Below, one piece after another: positions 31,556 to 45,479 of a stretch of 64,000 bases of DNA (within the stretch, counting starts at the first letter, position 1; the number at the start of each line of letters is the position of its first letter). The stretch lies in NCBI GenBank assembly GCA_035221665.1, contig CM069147.1, positions 45,012,001 through 45,076,000 of the forward strand. The letters are read 5' to 3'. The translations under genes and the position numbers were made by a program. The DNA comes from Okamejei kenojei (Eukaryota). The notes under the pieces are model-generated. The model was not told the origin of the DNA and did no database searches. It was given only the letters and a program-made list of their open reading frames with translations.

Positions 31556-33473
31556 CGATGTAATGATGTGTGCACGGGTGGGTTTTCATCAAAGCCCTCT
31601 GGTGTAGGTAATCTTACTGGGTTGATTCTACTGACAGAATTGAATTTATATCGCTTGGATTAGCGCTGGAATTCTCTTTGGTCAAGTGGTCCATTGGTTA
31701 GCGAGGAACTCTAAATCCAAAGTATAGCAATTAATCCAAATCGCACATGCTCTCCGTGGACGGGATCCTCCAGTTCATAGCCCATCCACTAGGTGGAGCA
31801 TTACGCGGTGGCAGAAAGTTACTTGTGTGGGAAAGGAGAGCTGGATGGTGGGGAAGGGGTTTAGTAGTGGTGGACAGCTACAGGTGGAGAGGACGGAATC
31901 CATTCGTCTTTCTTTAAAAATGTGAAACCATAAGCTGAATTTTAAAGTCGACCCTTCCTTGGACTTGAATTTTCTGAAATGAGGGAAGTGCCATTCACGG
32001 TTGCTAGGCTTTTGTGCTATGAATAAAGAGCTTGTTGTTATTAATTTACTGTAAGTTGGACAAGGTCAGCTCTTGGTTTTGTCTGGTCAATGATGTATTA
32101 AAGATTGTGTAGTCAGAGGCATTAGACAGATCTGTGCAGCTCAGAGGTTTTCACCTTCCACTGATGAGCTCACCCATCGCACTGGCACTGACACAACTCT
32201 GTTAAATGGATGTATTGACGCCGTAATGGGATAATTAGCTCTACCTCGCTGCTGTTGATGACATTACACAAGTTTCACTGCAGCTATTTCAACCTGTTTT
32301 CTGTATTGAGTATATTTCATTAGCTTGCCTCTTTTTTTCCTACGCTGTCTATTTTTTCAGCTTGTGGCTGCAATCATTAGGAAAGGTTTCTTTTTCCGTT
32401 TTCTTCTTTGTTGATCAGCAGACTTGGGCCGGCTTTAAGCCAAATATTAGGTTGGCTGGGAAAAAAAAAATCCATATTGTACATATGTAGCATTTTGTTT
32501 TAAGATAATATCAAAAAAATCCCTAATGGTGTCTATCTAAAATAAAAATGGTGAGAAACACACACAGTAGGTCAGTTAGAAACCACACAAAGAACAGACA
32601 AGGATCTTTGCTCAAAGTGTCCAGATGCTAATTGACATTGAGTATACTTCCAGCAATTTTATTTGGCCTAATCATCAAAAGATCGGGCAATCTTGCCTTT
32701 CTCAAGCAAGTAGGCGATGTAAGGAAAAAAATGATAAGTAAAGAAAAGCATCTCCTAGCTAAAAAAAATGCAAATTGGAATGATATTAATTTTATTTTTG
32801 TCCTGCAATAATGATTCGTTACCTTGTGACACCAAAATGGTCCTCTTAAACCAACATTCTTGGAATCTGATTGTAGGTAAAATAAATAATCCATGTTTAT
32901 TTGAAGATGCATTCTGAGATAACATGACACTTAAAATTGCTTTTTTAAATGATATAATGTAAGCAGTTTTGAGCTACGTTTGGTCACGTTTTATGCTTTT
33001 CTTTCTATTGCTACATGTATCCTGCGTGTTTACCTTTGAAACCTGTACAGGCTAAAGTTTAAATCTAATCTGGCATTAGCTGATAGGAATCACTGTCCCT
33101 GAAGGCTAATAACTGATTACAAGTAAAATGAGTTTTGACCATCTCAGTCTTGTATTGAGAGACAAGAGCATAAAGCAAACTCTTAAGCACGGTTTACCAT
33201 CAACAAATCAAGTAAATAGGCCTCATGCACTCTCATCTCTACCTATCGAACATTGCAGCAGATCGGCCATTTAATTTGTATAAAGAGTTGCCATGCTGCA
33301 GATTTTATCCCCAGACAATGATGGGAGATTGGACTTTAATGTTAGTACTGGATTTAGAAGAAGGGTGAAGACTGATGACTAGAAGGGTTCTTCTCAGGGT
33401 TTGAATGTCGCTTTCTGGCACCTGTTCCCAAGTATTTCATCCTTACTCTTTATTCTCTGTTTTTTTTATGCAG

Positions 33474-33970
33474 TTGGCGGTGAGATTCCTATTGACATGC
33501 GACTGGGAGGTGGGCAGCTGGTGTCAGAAGAACTCATGAACCTCGGCGAAACGTTCACGACCACGAACGACCCTTCCTTGAAGCTTTTCCAGTGTGCCGT
33601 CTGCAACCGATTCACCACGGACAACCTGGAGACACTCAGTCTGCACATGAACATTGAACGACACCTTCCCGAGGAGGAGTGGAAAGCATTCATTGGCGAT
33701 TCCTACCAGTGTAAGCTCTGCCGTTACAACACCCAGCTCAAGGCCAACTTCCAGTTGCACTGTAAGACAGATAAGCACGTGCAGAAATATCAGCTTGTGG
33801 CACACATCAAAGAAGGAGGCAAGGCCAACGAGTGGCGACTCAAATGTGTGGCCATTGGGAACCCAGTGCACTTGAAATGCAACGCATGCGATTACTACAC
33901 CAATAGTATTGAGAAGTTGCGACTGCACACTGTCAACTCAAGGCACGAAGCCAGCTTGAAACTGTACAAG
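33474..33970 (+). CDS. ZFHX3: ZFHX3 second coding exon (497 nt; phase 1 in, phase 0 out)
   Basis: Polypyrimidine tract plus tgcag|TT at 33473/33474. G(12850)+TT gives Val, reading ...[32 protein letters not shown]... as in vertebrate ZFHX3. Contains fingers [34 protein letters not shown] and [23 protein letters not shown]. Donor AAG|gtaaga at 33970/33971. Confidence 0.96.
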
Positions 33971-35339
33971 GTAAGAAAAGCAACATCTCCCAATGCAGTC
34001 CTTCCTTGAATTACAGTGAACAGCAGTCATTAACTTCTCCATAAATGGAATTTGCAAATATTTGTTAATGAAGGATTGTCCTTTGGAGGATTTCTTTTAG
34101 ACATTTCAAGTTTGCCCTGTGGAAACTTTATACGTTGTTTAATTTACTCAAGAATGTAACAGCTTTGGACGAATGTTTGAGGTAAAATTGGTGAAGCCAA
34201 CAGCCCTAGAAGAGGTGTCCTCAGATTAGAAAAAAATATTGCTGAAGTTAAAAATACTTTGACACCTCGAGCAGAAAATAAATGTTTCTTTCGGCTGTCA
34301 GTTCAAATTATCCAATAAGGTTGGGTGGCTTGAGAATTCCACATTTAATGTAAGCATAAGGGAGTGACACCAGAGAGCAAATTATTTTGTTTTATTTAAA
34401 GAAAAACCTTCCTATTTAATCAGGGCTCAACATCAAGCTTTCTGAAGACTGGCCCCTCAGGCTGTTGTTCAACAGGCTCCACATGACTGATTGCCTGACT
34501 CATTAATCAATACTCTGATCCATTTTAGTCAATTAAGTAAATCTGGAATACAAATGTTGACTCCCATTGCAGCACCTCCTAGGGTCTATGGAAAACTATC
34601 CATAAAGTCAGAATGAAGTTGAGTTAGATAATTAATTTATAGTTCTGCAAACTCGTCACTTTATTCCCATTCACGACTCTGTGGTTCTGAAACTCTCACT
34701 CATGCCTTTCCCTTCCCCTACTAATTACACAATATTAATCCTGTACATGTACTTCATGTGTTTCTCAATGCAAAGTTCAAAAAGATAAGCCAAGGCCATT
34801 TGGCCCACATAGCCCGTTAATGCAACGAAGCTGTAAGCTGCTTCCACATATCCATTATTCTTGCTTTCACTTATTTGTATCAAGAAGCAATGCTTTCTTG
34901 CATTGTCTATGAACTTCTTAATTTTCTGTGCTTACTTGTCAAGCAGTTGCAATTTAGCATGATTTAGTATTCAGGATTTGCCTTTTTGTATTCCACTGGG
35001 TGACATATATTTCCCTCTTATCCTAACTGTCTGCTTTCTATGCTGAAAGATTCTTAGGTTTTAGCTTTTCCCTCATTACTCAGTCCTCTAGGATCATAGA
35101 TCTGCTTTTTGACCCTCCTCTGCAGCATTTCCGGGGTCTGAAATATTCTCCCGAATACCAGGAATGCAACTTGGACAGCAAGGTTGTCCTACCCGTTGTC
35201 TACTCATTTGACGATGTAGCTCAGACATCAACTGGTTTTGTCAATTGCAACTCTGTGGTGTGCACAGGTGCTGATTGTTGAATCTTATATTCACTCTCTT
35301 TTCAAGCTAATCAAGTAATTAACATATTACTACTACCGT

Positions 35340-35740
35340 AGGGAGAGGTTGACCTGGCTGGGTTTTTTTTTTTTTTCCTTGCAGCACAGGAAGGTGAGGA
35401 GTGATCTTATACAGGTGTACAAAATCATGAGAGGAATAGATCGGGTAAAAGCACAGAGTCTTTTGCCTAGAGTAGGGGAATCGAGAACCAGAGGATTTAG
35501 GTTTCAGATGAGGGGGAAAAAGTTTAGAGGGAACCTGAGGGGTAACATTTTTACTTAGAGGGTGGCAGGTGTATGGAACAAGCTGCCGGAGGAAACATTT
35601 AGACAGGTACATGGATAGGGTAGTTTTAGAGGGATATGGTCCAAAAGCAGGCAGATGGGACTGGTGCAGATGGGGCATGTTGGTTGACATGGCCAACTTG
35701 GGCTGAAGGGCCTGTTTGCATGCTGTATCTAAGACTCTAT
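35340..35740 (+). mobile_element. CR1 LINE 3' fragment (tail shared with the V-SINE)
   Basis: RSDLIQVYKIMRGIDRV...GESRTRG...RGNLRGNIFT; ends gggctgaagggcctgtttgcatgctgtatct. Confidence 0.85.
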
Positions 35741-38700
35741 AATGTGCATGACCCTTTACTTCACTCCATTCTTTCTTTCTGAGTTTTGCTCACATAGTTA
35801 CTTTCCCTTTTCCCCACCCCCACCCCCACCTCCCCAATCACCACCAATTCTCCCATTTCTAGTTGATGATCATCAATAAAACTGAACTAATTGTGTTATG
35901 TTGCTGCATTCTTCCCCCTAGGACAGATACCTACCTGTCATATACCTTGATTGCAAAATACTCTATATCGGCCCCATCTCTCTTCCTCTCTAGCATAGCC
36001 CTCTCTTCACAATATCTCGGTGCGTCCTTCCATCTCATTCTCCTGCCACCCTCTTCCCTTCCTACCTCACTGGTGTTTACTGTCTTTTCTTCACTTGCTC
36101 TCTCACTTTGTCTACGTGTCTTTCTCATTGTGGGGGGAAAAAGAATTGTAGAACAAAACAACACGACTTAACGCAGCCAAAGAAATGTGCGTGATATGGG
36201 GCCCATCTGTCGGGAAGAATAGTAATGGTCATTATCATCATATTCATGTTGACTTGTTTTTTCTTCATTGAAATTGCAAAAATCCTCATTGCTGCAATCC
36301 TCCAACCATAGGGGTGTCTGTGAATTTTGGTGATATGCTGTTATATTTAAAAACGCCACACTGTTGATCTCAGGTCTAAACTAAACGTAGATCCGTGGAC
36401 TCGTCCTGTAGACAGATGTAAGGTTGATGTGATGTTATTCGTCAACATTTAATTATCTTCCAAAGACAGAAATAACTAATTCTTCTGATACGTTGTGCCT
36501 TGTATGATCTGTTGTCCTTTTCCATAGATTTGTGTTTGATGTAGCTTTTGCTGATAAATACATTGTGGTGGGGGGTGAAATTTGTGCTGGGGAATTGGAA
36601 GCCAAGTCTATTCTATTTTTGATTGTCTAGATTTAACAGTTACAGGCTTACAGCTTTTGGAACCGGAGATATAAAGATTTTAATTGTTAGGGCTTTCAGC
36701 TAAGATAACCTATGTTCAATTTATTTTTGTTGCTGGCTACATAAATATGCAGCACTGTATATTCGGAGACTATACTCCTGGCAAATGTAAGGTCAAACTT
36801 CTCTGAAATACCTACGCATTTAAGGTCTGGGACAGCATTTTGACCGAATGGAGCAGAGTCCTACTTGAAATCCCAGAGGTTCAAACTGTTTGTTTTAAGC
36901 TTCTTTCAAGGTCGCACATGGTATCAATCAAGAAATGTTTTCCACTCAGCCTCAGAATTAGTCGTTCTATCCATGCTCCACCAAATGACTGACGAGAAAT
37001 GGACCAGCAAATCCCCCTGACCGTGCTTGGTGCAAGGCTCTGATTTGTTACCAAACTTTAAAGGGTTAACCAGCGTGATTGTATATATGAGCATGTTTGG
37101 TGTTTAATTGTTGTGCCAGTTTTGATATGTACTGTCGTTCAGCTTGTTGATTATTTGTTCTGAAAGTAAAAAAAGATAGGAAACGTGAGAACTGGTTTTG
37201 GAGAACATATTTGCACCATCTTCCTAGCTTCCTTTCCCTTGTGAACGTACTTTACTGTTGAAGCGAGAATTGCCCACATGCACAAATTAAACAAAATGGT
37301 GCTTTGAAACCGTAATCTACAAATTACCAAAACTGTGATGGTACTGAATTAAATTGCACAAGTGATATTTATTGTGTAAAAAGTGTAATGTACAGACATT
37401 CTTCAATGATGCTTTTGTGCGCTTTTCAGTTTGTTTTGGTGTCGGATTAGAGAATATCAATATTATGATGCCGTGGTAAAGATTCTGCTACAGACAAAGA
37501 TGATATATTGAGGAGAGGAGAGATCAGTATGAATTGGTGGCAAATGTTAAAAAGCCGTTTACATTCAGTCTTCGAGCCATTTTAATGATATTGGGTACAT
37601 TCAAATCTGCAGCAATTTTAAAAAGCAAAATATTATGGTTTATGAAAGGGGTGAAAATGTCTTAACAATCTGACTTAGGAACACGGTTCAGGTGGGCATG
37701 CAACGAGCTTGTACCCAGCTCCCTGAAACCTAAGACGGGATAAAGATCCAGTTAATGGTACTCGACTCAGGCAGCTGAATTGCTGTAGACAGTTGTATTG
37801 ATTTTCACTGGACTTAAAGCTTCACCTTTTTCTCTAATCATTCCATAATGGCTTTAGTATGAACAATCAGGTACAAATGGCCATAAATCTACCAGCCTTA
37901 TTCCACTTACCTTCCACTCAATGTCAGGCACAGACTTGTAGTTAACCCAACTTGGCAGTAGCTTTGGGACATTTTTTTTTTTAGTGCCGTGTTCTTGCCA
38001 GTAAAGCTGTTTCATTTAAAAAAAACTAGAGATAGGATCGCAGAGCAGCCTATGTTTTTTGGGAGCAGATTCTGTTCGCATAGTTTGTCGAAGAACGATT
38101 CTGCAAAGCAACTCTTTCGTACAACGCTTTTGAAATATCATTTCAAAGGCTTGACTATGAGAATATAGGCACCAAGTGTTGGCTTCAAGCAGTCCTTTTT
38201 AATAATGTAAACTAATAATTTACAAGGAAATTGTTGATTGGACAGGAAAAATTGCTGCTGTACAGTACATTTTTCATTTAATCATAAAAGCATTAAATAT
38301 GTTCTTATTTTAGGCACCTCCTGAGCAAATTTCAATTTAGTTATCACTCTCCTTGCCCCTGTAGATTTAGTTAGAAGCCAAAGGGACACCTGGACCAAGA
38401 AACACAAATGAAAGTCTTTTCCAATTTTAAAATCAAGCATTCTGCCGCAATTTTCATTTTTACATAATAAATATCTTTACCAAGAAATTCCGTGGGGTCA
38501 GCCGGGTAATATATGCACTATTGTAGCAATAGCATTTTGCACATAACATCTGAAATTAGAGTCCACTGAAGGAAATGGATTGAATGTTGGAGGCAGATTT
38601 CAACAACTAACTGGTTCGGAGTTATTGGCGCCGCTGACCAGGGATGAATTTCTCGGCAACAATGCTGGAGAGGACTTGTCCACATCATCCTGTGCTGCAA

Positions 38701-39074
38701 TGAAGCTATCACACTGGTGGTGGTGCTATACCAGACACTGGCAACATTTGCAAAAACAACATGACATTGTTTTCAACGTAACGTCGAGAATTTGATGAAG
38801 ATTCAGATCTTGTGAGTGACGACCACTTACTAGAAATAAGGTGATTTTCAAACCATTGGGATGAAGTAGAACAAATGGGTCACGTGTACAATTTATCGTG
38901 GCCATGTATGAAGGCATTTCTGAATTCCGTCAAATAGAAGGAATTTAGTTGACAAAATGTAAATTATTTATTCATATGCTGTTTCACATTCGTAGTATGG
39001 AGCTAATTTTGGTTGCACATAAGCCAGCAGCTAACGTTGGAATACCATCTCATTCCCCAATCCGTGAGTCTCAC

Positions 39075-39240
39075 CGAACATAGAAACTCAGTACAGGAGT
39101 AGGCCATTCAGCCCTTTGAGCCAGCACTGCCATTCAATATGGTCATGGCTGATCATCCAAAATCAGTACCCCGTTCCTGCCTTCTCCCCATATCCCTTGA
39201 TTTTGTTAGCCCTAAGAGCTCCCTCTTGAATATACCCAGT
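39075..39240 (-). mobile_element. CR1 3'-tail fragment
   Basis: caggagtaggccattcagccctttgagccagcactgccattcaata...cagtaccccgttcctgccttctcccc. Confidence 0.8.
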
Positions 39241-39289
39241 TATTTACATTAGAAAATAACATACTCACCAATTCCCATCTGCCTGTCTC

Positions 39290-39490
39290 GCTGGAGTAAC
39301 TCCGCGGGACAGGCAACATCTCTGGACAGAAGGAATGGGTGACGTTTCGGGTCAAGACCCTTCTTCAGACTCGACCCGAAAAGGTGTCGACCCAAACATC
39401 ACCCATTCCTCTGCAGGGATGCTGCCTGTCCCACCCGTTGTGTGCACAACTTCAGTTTAAACCAGCATCTGCAGTTCCTTCTTACACATT
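39290..39490. mobile_element. Palindromic PLE insertion with intact minus-strand hammerhead core (39341-39368)
   Basis: Minus strand ctgaaga-a-gggtc-tt-gaccc-gaaa-cgtc-accc, then the plus arm. Confidence 0.75.
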
Positions 39491-39639
39491 AATCATGTAT
39501 TGCTTTCAGGCCTGGGTGAATGGAGCTTAATTGCTTTCTGTCCTAATTGTTAAAAATGCTCAATAATCAAAATGCACTTGAGAATAAGAGCATATGGCTC
39601 ATTCTCCAAATCCATCAATCCATCTGTACACAATTGCAA

Positions 39640-39790
39640 CGTTTAAGAAACATTTAGACAGGTGCGTGGAGAGGACAGGTTTGGAGGGATATGGGCCTAA
39701 CGTAGGCAGATAGGACTAGTGTAGATGAGACGTTGGTCGATGTGGGCAAGTTGGGCTGATGGACCTGTGTCCATCCTGTATGACTGTCTG
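39640..39790 (+). mobile_element. CR1 3'-tail fragment
   Basis: gtttaagaaacatttagacaggtgcgtggagaggacaggtttggagggatatgggcc...gggcaagttgggctga. Confidence 0.75.
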
Positions 39791-40112
39791 GAACTGAAAT
39801 TCAGAAGATAATATTAAGTATGACCAACAGGAAACCTGAACTAAAATAGAGGGATATTGATAGGAAAATGTAATCCTTTTACTTATTGCATTTGAAAGAC
39901 TGAATTCGAAATCATTAAAAAAAAATGCAGAATAAGCCTGGCTCACTCTGCCTCTTGCACTCGGATCTTCGTTGACTTTGGGTTGCCTGATACAAATTCT
40001 GAGTCATCATGGCCACACAACTCAAACAAAAATCTGCACCCAATGCTGATCAGCAGTATTAGGTGAGTGGAAGAACGTCTGTTGTAGAAAATGAAACAAT
40101 CTTGAATTGCAG

Positions 40113-40435
40113 ATTTAGTTTAGTTTTAGTTTAGAGATACAGCGTGGAAACATGCCCTTTGACCTACCGAGTCCATGTTGACCAATGATCAGCCATACAC
40201 TCATTCTATGTTACCCCAGTTTTGCATCCTACACGAGAGGAGCTGTTTAAAGAAGACAACTAACCTACAAACCTGCATGCCTTTGGAATGTGGAAGGAAA
40301 CCGGAGCACCTGGCGAAAACCCATGTGGTCACAGGGAGAACTTACAAACTCCTTACAGAAAGCGCCCATAGTAAGGATTGAACCTGGGTCTCTGACACTG
40401 TAAGGCAGCAATTCTACTGCTGCGCCACTCTGCCA
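40113..40435 (-). mobile_element. V-SINE (HE1-like)
   Basis: (tttag)n, gagatacagcgtggaaaca, V-core, ggattgaacctggg. Confidence 0.8.
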
Positions 40436-40444
40436 CTAGTTTAC

Positions 40445-40542
40445 TGAAAAAAGACACAAAGCGCTGGGATTACTCAGCAGGTCAGGCAGCATCTCTGGAA
40501 AATATGGATAGGTGACGTTTCAGGTTGTGGCCTTTCTTCAAA
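40445..40542 (-). mobile_element. PLE terminal-repeat fragment
   Basis: gacacaaagcgctgggattactcagcaggtcaggcagcatctctgg...ggtgacgtttcagg. Confidence 0.7.
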
Positions 40543-40569
40543 CAATTAATCCAGCTCATAATCAACCCA

Positions 40570-40760
40570 TGACATCCAAAGATACACTACGCCAATGAAA
40601 TAGTTTTGGTGTAGTCAGTCATGGTTTTGTACGCAAGCACAGTGGCCAGTCAGCACACAGTAGGGTCACGCAAACAGCAACAAGAATAAATGGACATTGT
40701 AGTCTAAAGTTAGCCATATTAGCTCAGGAATAAATGTTAGCTAGGAAAATTTACTACATG
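40570..40760 (-). mobile_element. Deu-domain SINE remnant
   Basis: ccaatgaaatagttttggtgtagtcag...gcacacagtagggtcacgcaaacagcaa is the reverse complement of the Deu core seen at 55045-55140. Confidence 0.55.
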
Positions 40761-40852
40761 GTTAAATAATGCATTGGATATGCACATAATGTCAACATGT
40801 GAAATTATTGAATGAAACCCAGAGGATTGTGAAGCTGACTCCTCAAAGGACG

Positions 40853-40929
40853 ACGACCCGAAACGTCGCCTACCTCCTTCGCTCCTTAGATGCTGCTGCA
40901 CCCGCTGAGTTTCTCCAGCTTTTTGTGTA
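40853..40929 (+). mobile_element. PLE terminal-repeat fragment (second subfamily)
   Basis: cgacccgaaacgtcgcctacctccttcgctcc...; TSD tcctcaaaggac at 40840-40851 and 40930-40941. Confidence 0.8.
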
Positions 40930-41559
40930 TCCTCAAAGGACAATGTCTACACTTCTTCCACACATACCATTCACAAAGAAAGGCAATAGTGAGAGGCATC
41001 CACTCATGGACTTTCCATTATTTTTTCCTTATGGCTCAGGTTTTGTCAATTAGGAAGCAGGTCAATGCTTGGTGTGTCAACTGGAAAGGGCATTTTGACT
41101 TAGAAAGGTGATGATAAGACAGGAGTCATTATTATGTTGGATAAAACTGTTCTTTCGGTAGCTATTACAGGCTAGGAATGTTTGATTTCAGTTTTGGCAC
41201 TGCGCTGGTACACACATTTGATGACAATATTGTTTATCTCTCTTCTAAAACTGTGTCCAAGAGAGCTTCAGACAGCTCATTCAGAACAGGGGAATGGGAT
41301 GAGGAGAAAAGAGACAGGTGTGCTTGCATTGCCAGGGAGAGAGATGTGCATTTGTGTGAGTGCATGCATGTGAGTGCATGTATGCATGGGCATTGTCCTA
41401 AACTGAAGCTTGAAAAGCTGATTCTTGCTAACTGTCTCTAATGTACTTCACCCCCTTTAGTTTTGAATGCTATTGTTTAATCCCTAAGCTTGGCTGTTAT
41501 TTTATCATGATCCAGTGTATGTCCTGATTTATAAATTACACTACGAGTAGGAAGGATGC

Positions 41560-41653
41560 AGTCAAAAGAAGGGGGTCTCTACCCAAAACGTCACCTGCTC
41601 CTTGTCTCCAGAGATGTTGCCTGCCCCGCGGAGTTACTCTAGCTTCTTGTGTA
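41560..41653 (+). mobile_element. PLE terminal-repeat fragment
   Basis: Diverged family copy; tataaattac repeated on both sides. Confidence 0.7.
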
Positions 41654-41880
41654 TAAATTACGAAAAATGCTTAATTGAGGCTTAAATAAACAGCAGGTTG
41701 CGAAACCTATGGACGTTCTTAGCATTATACGATTTAAAACTTATGCAGTTCCCATTGAGGTCTTTGCTCTTATTTTCTGCACCCCTCCTCCATTCTCCAG
41801 GATTTGGATGGTCCAGGAAATTTCTCCATGAATCTCCTCCACACTTTCCCGTCTCCCTGGTCCATGATCTTGAAATACAA

Positions 41881-41901
41881 ACTGCTCCTCCTGGTGGCCA
41901 G
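41881..41901 (-). promoter_or_regulatory. Candidate CTCF binding site
   Basis: Minus strand ctggCCACCAGGAGGAGCagt closely matches the CTCF core tggCCACCAGGGGGCGC. Confidence 0.45.
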
Positions 41902-44900
41902 GGTGGGATGTTGAATTTCAGCTTTTAAGGGGAACGCAGGTCAAAGTTCAGCACATCTGCCCCAAGGTGACTCTGGCCCTGCTAATACCCTGAATACGTT
42001 TGTAACATTATTCATATTTGGGCCGCATCAGATTTCAATTTTACCAATCTTGTATCAATAACATCAAGATATGAATGTTATAAAAAAATAAATCCCAAGT
42101 AAATGTCGTTCCTGCCTGCTTGCTGTACTTTCAATCCCTTGTGTGAACTTGTAACACTTGCACTGTCCCACCAGTAGAGGCAATGGAAAGCCATGGTCGT
42201 CAGATGTCTAAAATTATAGCCTTACGGTTTTACAAAGGCATTTCCTGTTACTAATGTGGGTGTCAGGAATTCACAATGTAACATAAAAGTACAGGGACAA
42301 TGTATGGTTTTAAAACGGGGACCAAATTACATTTGCCTGGTTTTGTCAAATTCCACCACCGACCTCTATTGCCAAGGTCTGTGAAAACTATACTTCATCC
42401 CAACTGTAGAGGGTGGGATCGAAACGGCAGGGACAGGATACGATAGGTAGGTGACTGGCTGGTCTTTATGTATACGCAGGTATCTAATAGACAGTCAAGC
42501 ATTCCTGAAAAGTTAAACTACATCCCATCCTCACCACAATATGTAAAGTTCACCAGCAGTTGACTTGTTATTTAACAAATTGAAAACATGGAGACGAAAG
42601 AATCTCGGAGGGCAGTGCTTTCTAAAATAGCGAAATAATGGGACAGAAAACCCACAGAGAGTGTAACCGCCTCTTTATCGCTTGCTGCCACGCAGTGATG
42701 GCATTTCCCCATCAGCTACTTTTGTTTCTGTCTGAATACTTCGATCTCTTTCTGTTGAACCGTTGGAGAGGAGAGGAGGTACAGTTGTGGGTAGTTGCTG
42801 GATACTTTCAAGTTTATCTGGGCTGGTGTGGTCTGCCGTAATTGAGATTGATTGGATGTTATTTTTCCTCTTGCAAATGTAATCCATTAGTTTGGCACAT
42901 GCATAATCAGTTTAGAGCCCAGTTAACTGGATGTAATCTAGTTCTTCAATGTCTGTTGCAGCAAATCTGCTCCAGATGCCAGTTACAGAGTGAGTGCGAG
43001 CATAGGTCCTATCACAGCTGAAATCTCTAATATACTCCCTCTCCCTTTTCCTGCTGTCTGCATTGGCTGAACTTACTCTGTTTATTCGTATTTGTAACCA
43101 ATTCAATTTGAGTCGTTGGGTAGCAGAATTCCCCCGGCTTAAATGTAATATTCCTTTATGAAAACCTATCTTTTAAAAGTTGTCTTTAAATTGCGGTATA
43201 TGTACAAGGCATGGTTAGATGTTAGCAAGGATGATTGTGTCCAATTAACTTATACATTCTTTGGCGCAGTTAGCAAAATGGTATAAATCTTCTAATTCTA
43301 TTACCTATTTAACCCTTAGAGATTTCTTTCAAAGTGGAATTCGTTCAGGCTGAAGCCAGTGTTTCTGAATTATTCCAGACAAGAAAAAGTTTAAATGTAT
43401 TTTCCTAACTCAGCTGCATTTCCAGCCAACCTTTCTTCATCAATCGTGGATCAAAAATATTCAGTAACTGGGTTGTTTTTGTTGCCAGATTTTGACTGTC
43501 TCACCTCTAACTTCCAGTCTCCTGCATGTTAAACAAAAGAAAAAACAGATGCAAAACTTACCTGAAAAATTAATAGAGTACAGAAGCCTTTGTGGTCTGA
43601 AAGGCTTAGTGTGTGATTGTAGGATTCATGATGCTGTAAAATATATATGATAGACACACAATCATCGCAGGTTTTTTTCCCCCCTGGAAACCACATTGCA
43701 TTTTAATTTTACCAGCAACTTGTCAGATTAAGCACTTTGGAGAGATAGAGACATAGATTTATTTTAAAATACTGCCTCCCTGTGCAACTGTAACAACCTC
43801 GTGTTTATATGCTCTATATTTTCTGCAGACCAAGTTGCTTTATAAAGACAGAGGCAATCAAATAAATACTTGTTACCGATGAAACACGAGGGAACTGGGG
43901 TTTCTATAAGGGTCTACTCAGATATGGCAGCCAGCTCCAAGGAGAGGATATATTTATATTTAGGTAGAAATATCGTGTGTCCTTTCTCCAGAGGGTCTTT
44001 GCACAATGAAAAGGGTGTTGATACAGGAGGCATTCTGTTGTGCAGCAGACAGGTACAGTTCATCACCAGGAATGTAATAATTGCTTTTGTTACTTCAAAG
44101 GCTTGAATGTGACCTGACAGGCTTGCGTGAGGCCCCAGGTCTACATTGAGCCTATTGATTAAATGAGTTACAGGCTTAGATCAGGGATTTTTCACAATCA
44201 AGAAATTTCAGCTGAATTAAATACACTATATCAATAGCAGGTTGCAGCTGTGCTCGTTCAAAATGCTTAACCCGCCAAGCGGGCTGGCCAAAATTAAAAT
44301 GTGATTATGTTTCTACAGAAAAGAACTCTAATGGGTTATTGTGTGTCAACCGTGTGTGTGTCAGGAGCTATTTACCACTATATTGTGAATTCTAAATTTA
44401 CACGCTAACACTTTTCGACCACAAAGTCCACTTTAAAGACTATTAAAAATAAAATCTTCTCACAGTAGCAGCCATTATAATGGCTCTCACACATGCGAAA
44501 GAGCATCAGTAAGTCTCCATCAGTTCTGTGATATTGAGTTCCTTGGGGGTTTTAGTATAAACTTTCAACCACATTCTGCCTTAACACCTTGCAGATTAGA
44601 ACCAGTAGGCCAGTGTTTCTCGCTTTTTTGTATACAGGGCTCACTCTGATGACCTGACCCTGGACCCGAGCTCACAATATGCACATGGAATGAATACAGA
44701 TTTTAAAATGTTGCTTTTTTTCCCCCTCATCATCTTGGTATCCCACAGGCCTTGCTGTCAAAATCTATGGATGAGCCTGGGGCCAGATGCTGAGAAATCC
44801 TCCATCGCTTTATTTGGAAATGCATCCTGCATTACACGGCAGTGTTTCTGGCATAGTAATATTATAATTCTTGTCCTTGGAAGGTGGTTGAAGGGCAACT

Positions 44901-45479
44901 ATAAAAGACTCAAAAGCCTTGCAAGTGTTGTAAGCCTTTGATTGTGAAAAGCCAAGTCCAGTGTATTCAACACAGCATTCTCTTTGTTTCGAGACCATTA
45001 GTTTGAATTGTAAAGCTTAAATACCGAGCTTGTTGCAAGACTATGTAGGGTTGGCTTATTGCAGCAGCCTTGACGTCATGCCCACTGGAGCCATTTTCAT
45101 CGTGGGTTGCCAAAAGCCATTAATCACGGTGCCAGTTTCATTTGATGGCACTTACAATTGTTTCACATCTGGGACAGTTGCAGCACTCACTACACTCCTG
45201 ATTCCACACCTTTGGTTCACATCTGTCAACGAAAGGATTTTTGAACACACACACTTTCAAACTTTGCTATCCAATGCTTTTCTTTCTCATAAGCATCGTG
45301 GAACATTGACGGAACTGAAATGTGATAAATCCCCGCAGGTAAATGGCCTGATAACCAGGATTCTGTAGGGGAGAACCATGCAGATAATGGATCCACTTGT
45401 CAGCTTTCATTGCGCCACCGATTTCTATTTTGGTTCCCACAGATTGGAAAATAAAAAATTGCAACACCTTATGAAACAA

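Larger units (their letters stand above)
12851..33473 (+). other. ZFHX3: ZFHX3 intron (20.6 kb, GT-AG)
   Basis: Bounded by the donor and acceptor that restore the ZFHX3 reading frame. Confidence 0.93.

Noticed and set aside
33401-33473. N-terminal extension (and 33971-34009 tail) of the 202-aa ORF
   Set aside because: Intronic polypyrimidine tract upstream of the acceptor and read-through after the donor; the TTG start is not meaningful.
42165-42185. Second CTCF-like word ccaccagtagaggca
   Set aside because: Spacing does not fit the core consensus; too weak to call.
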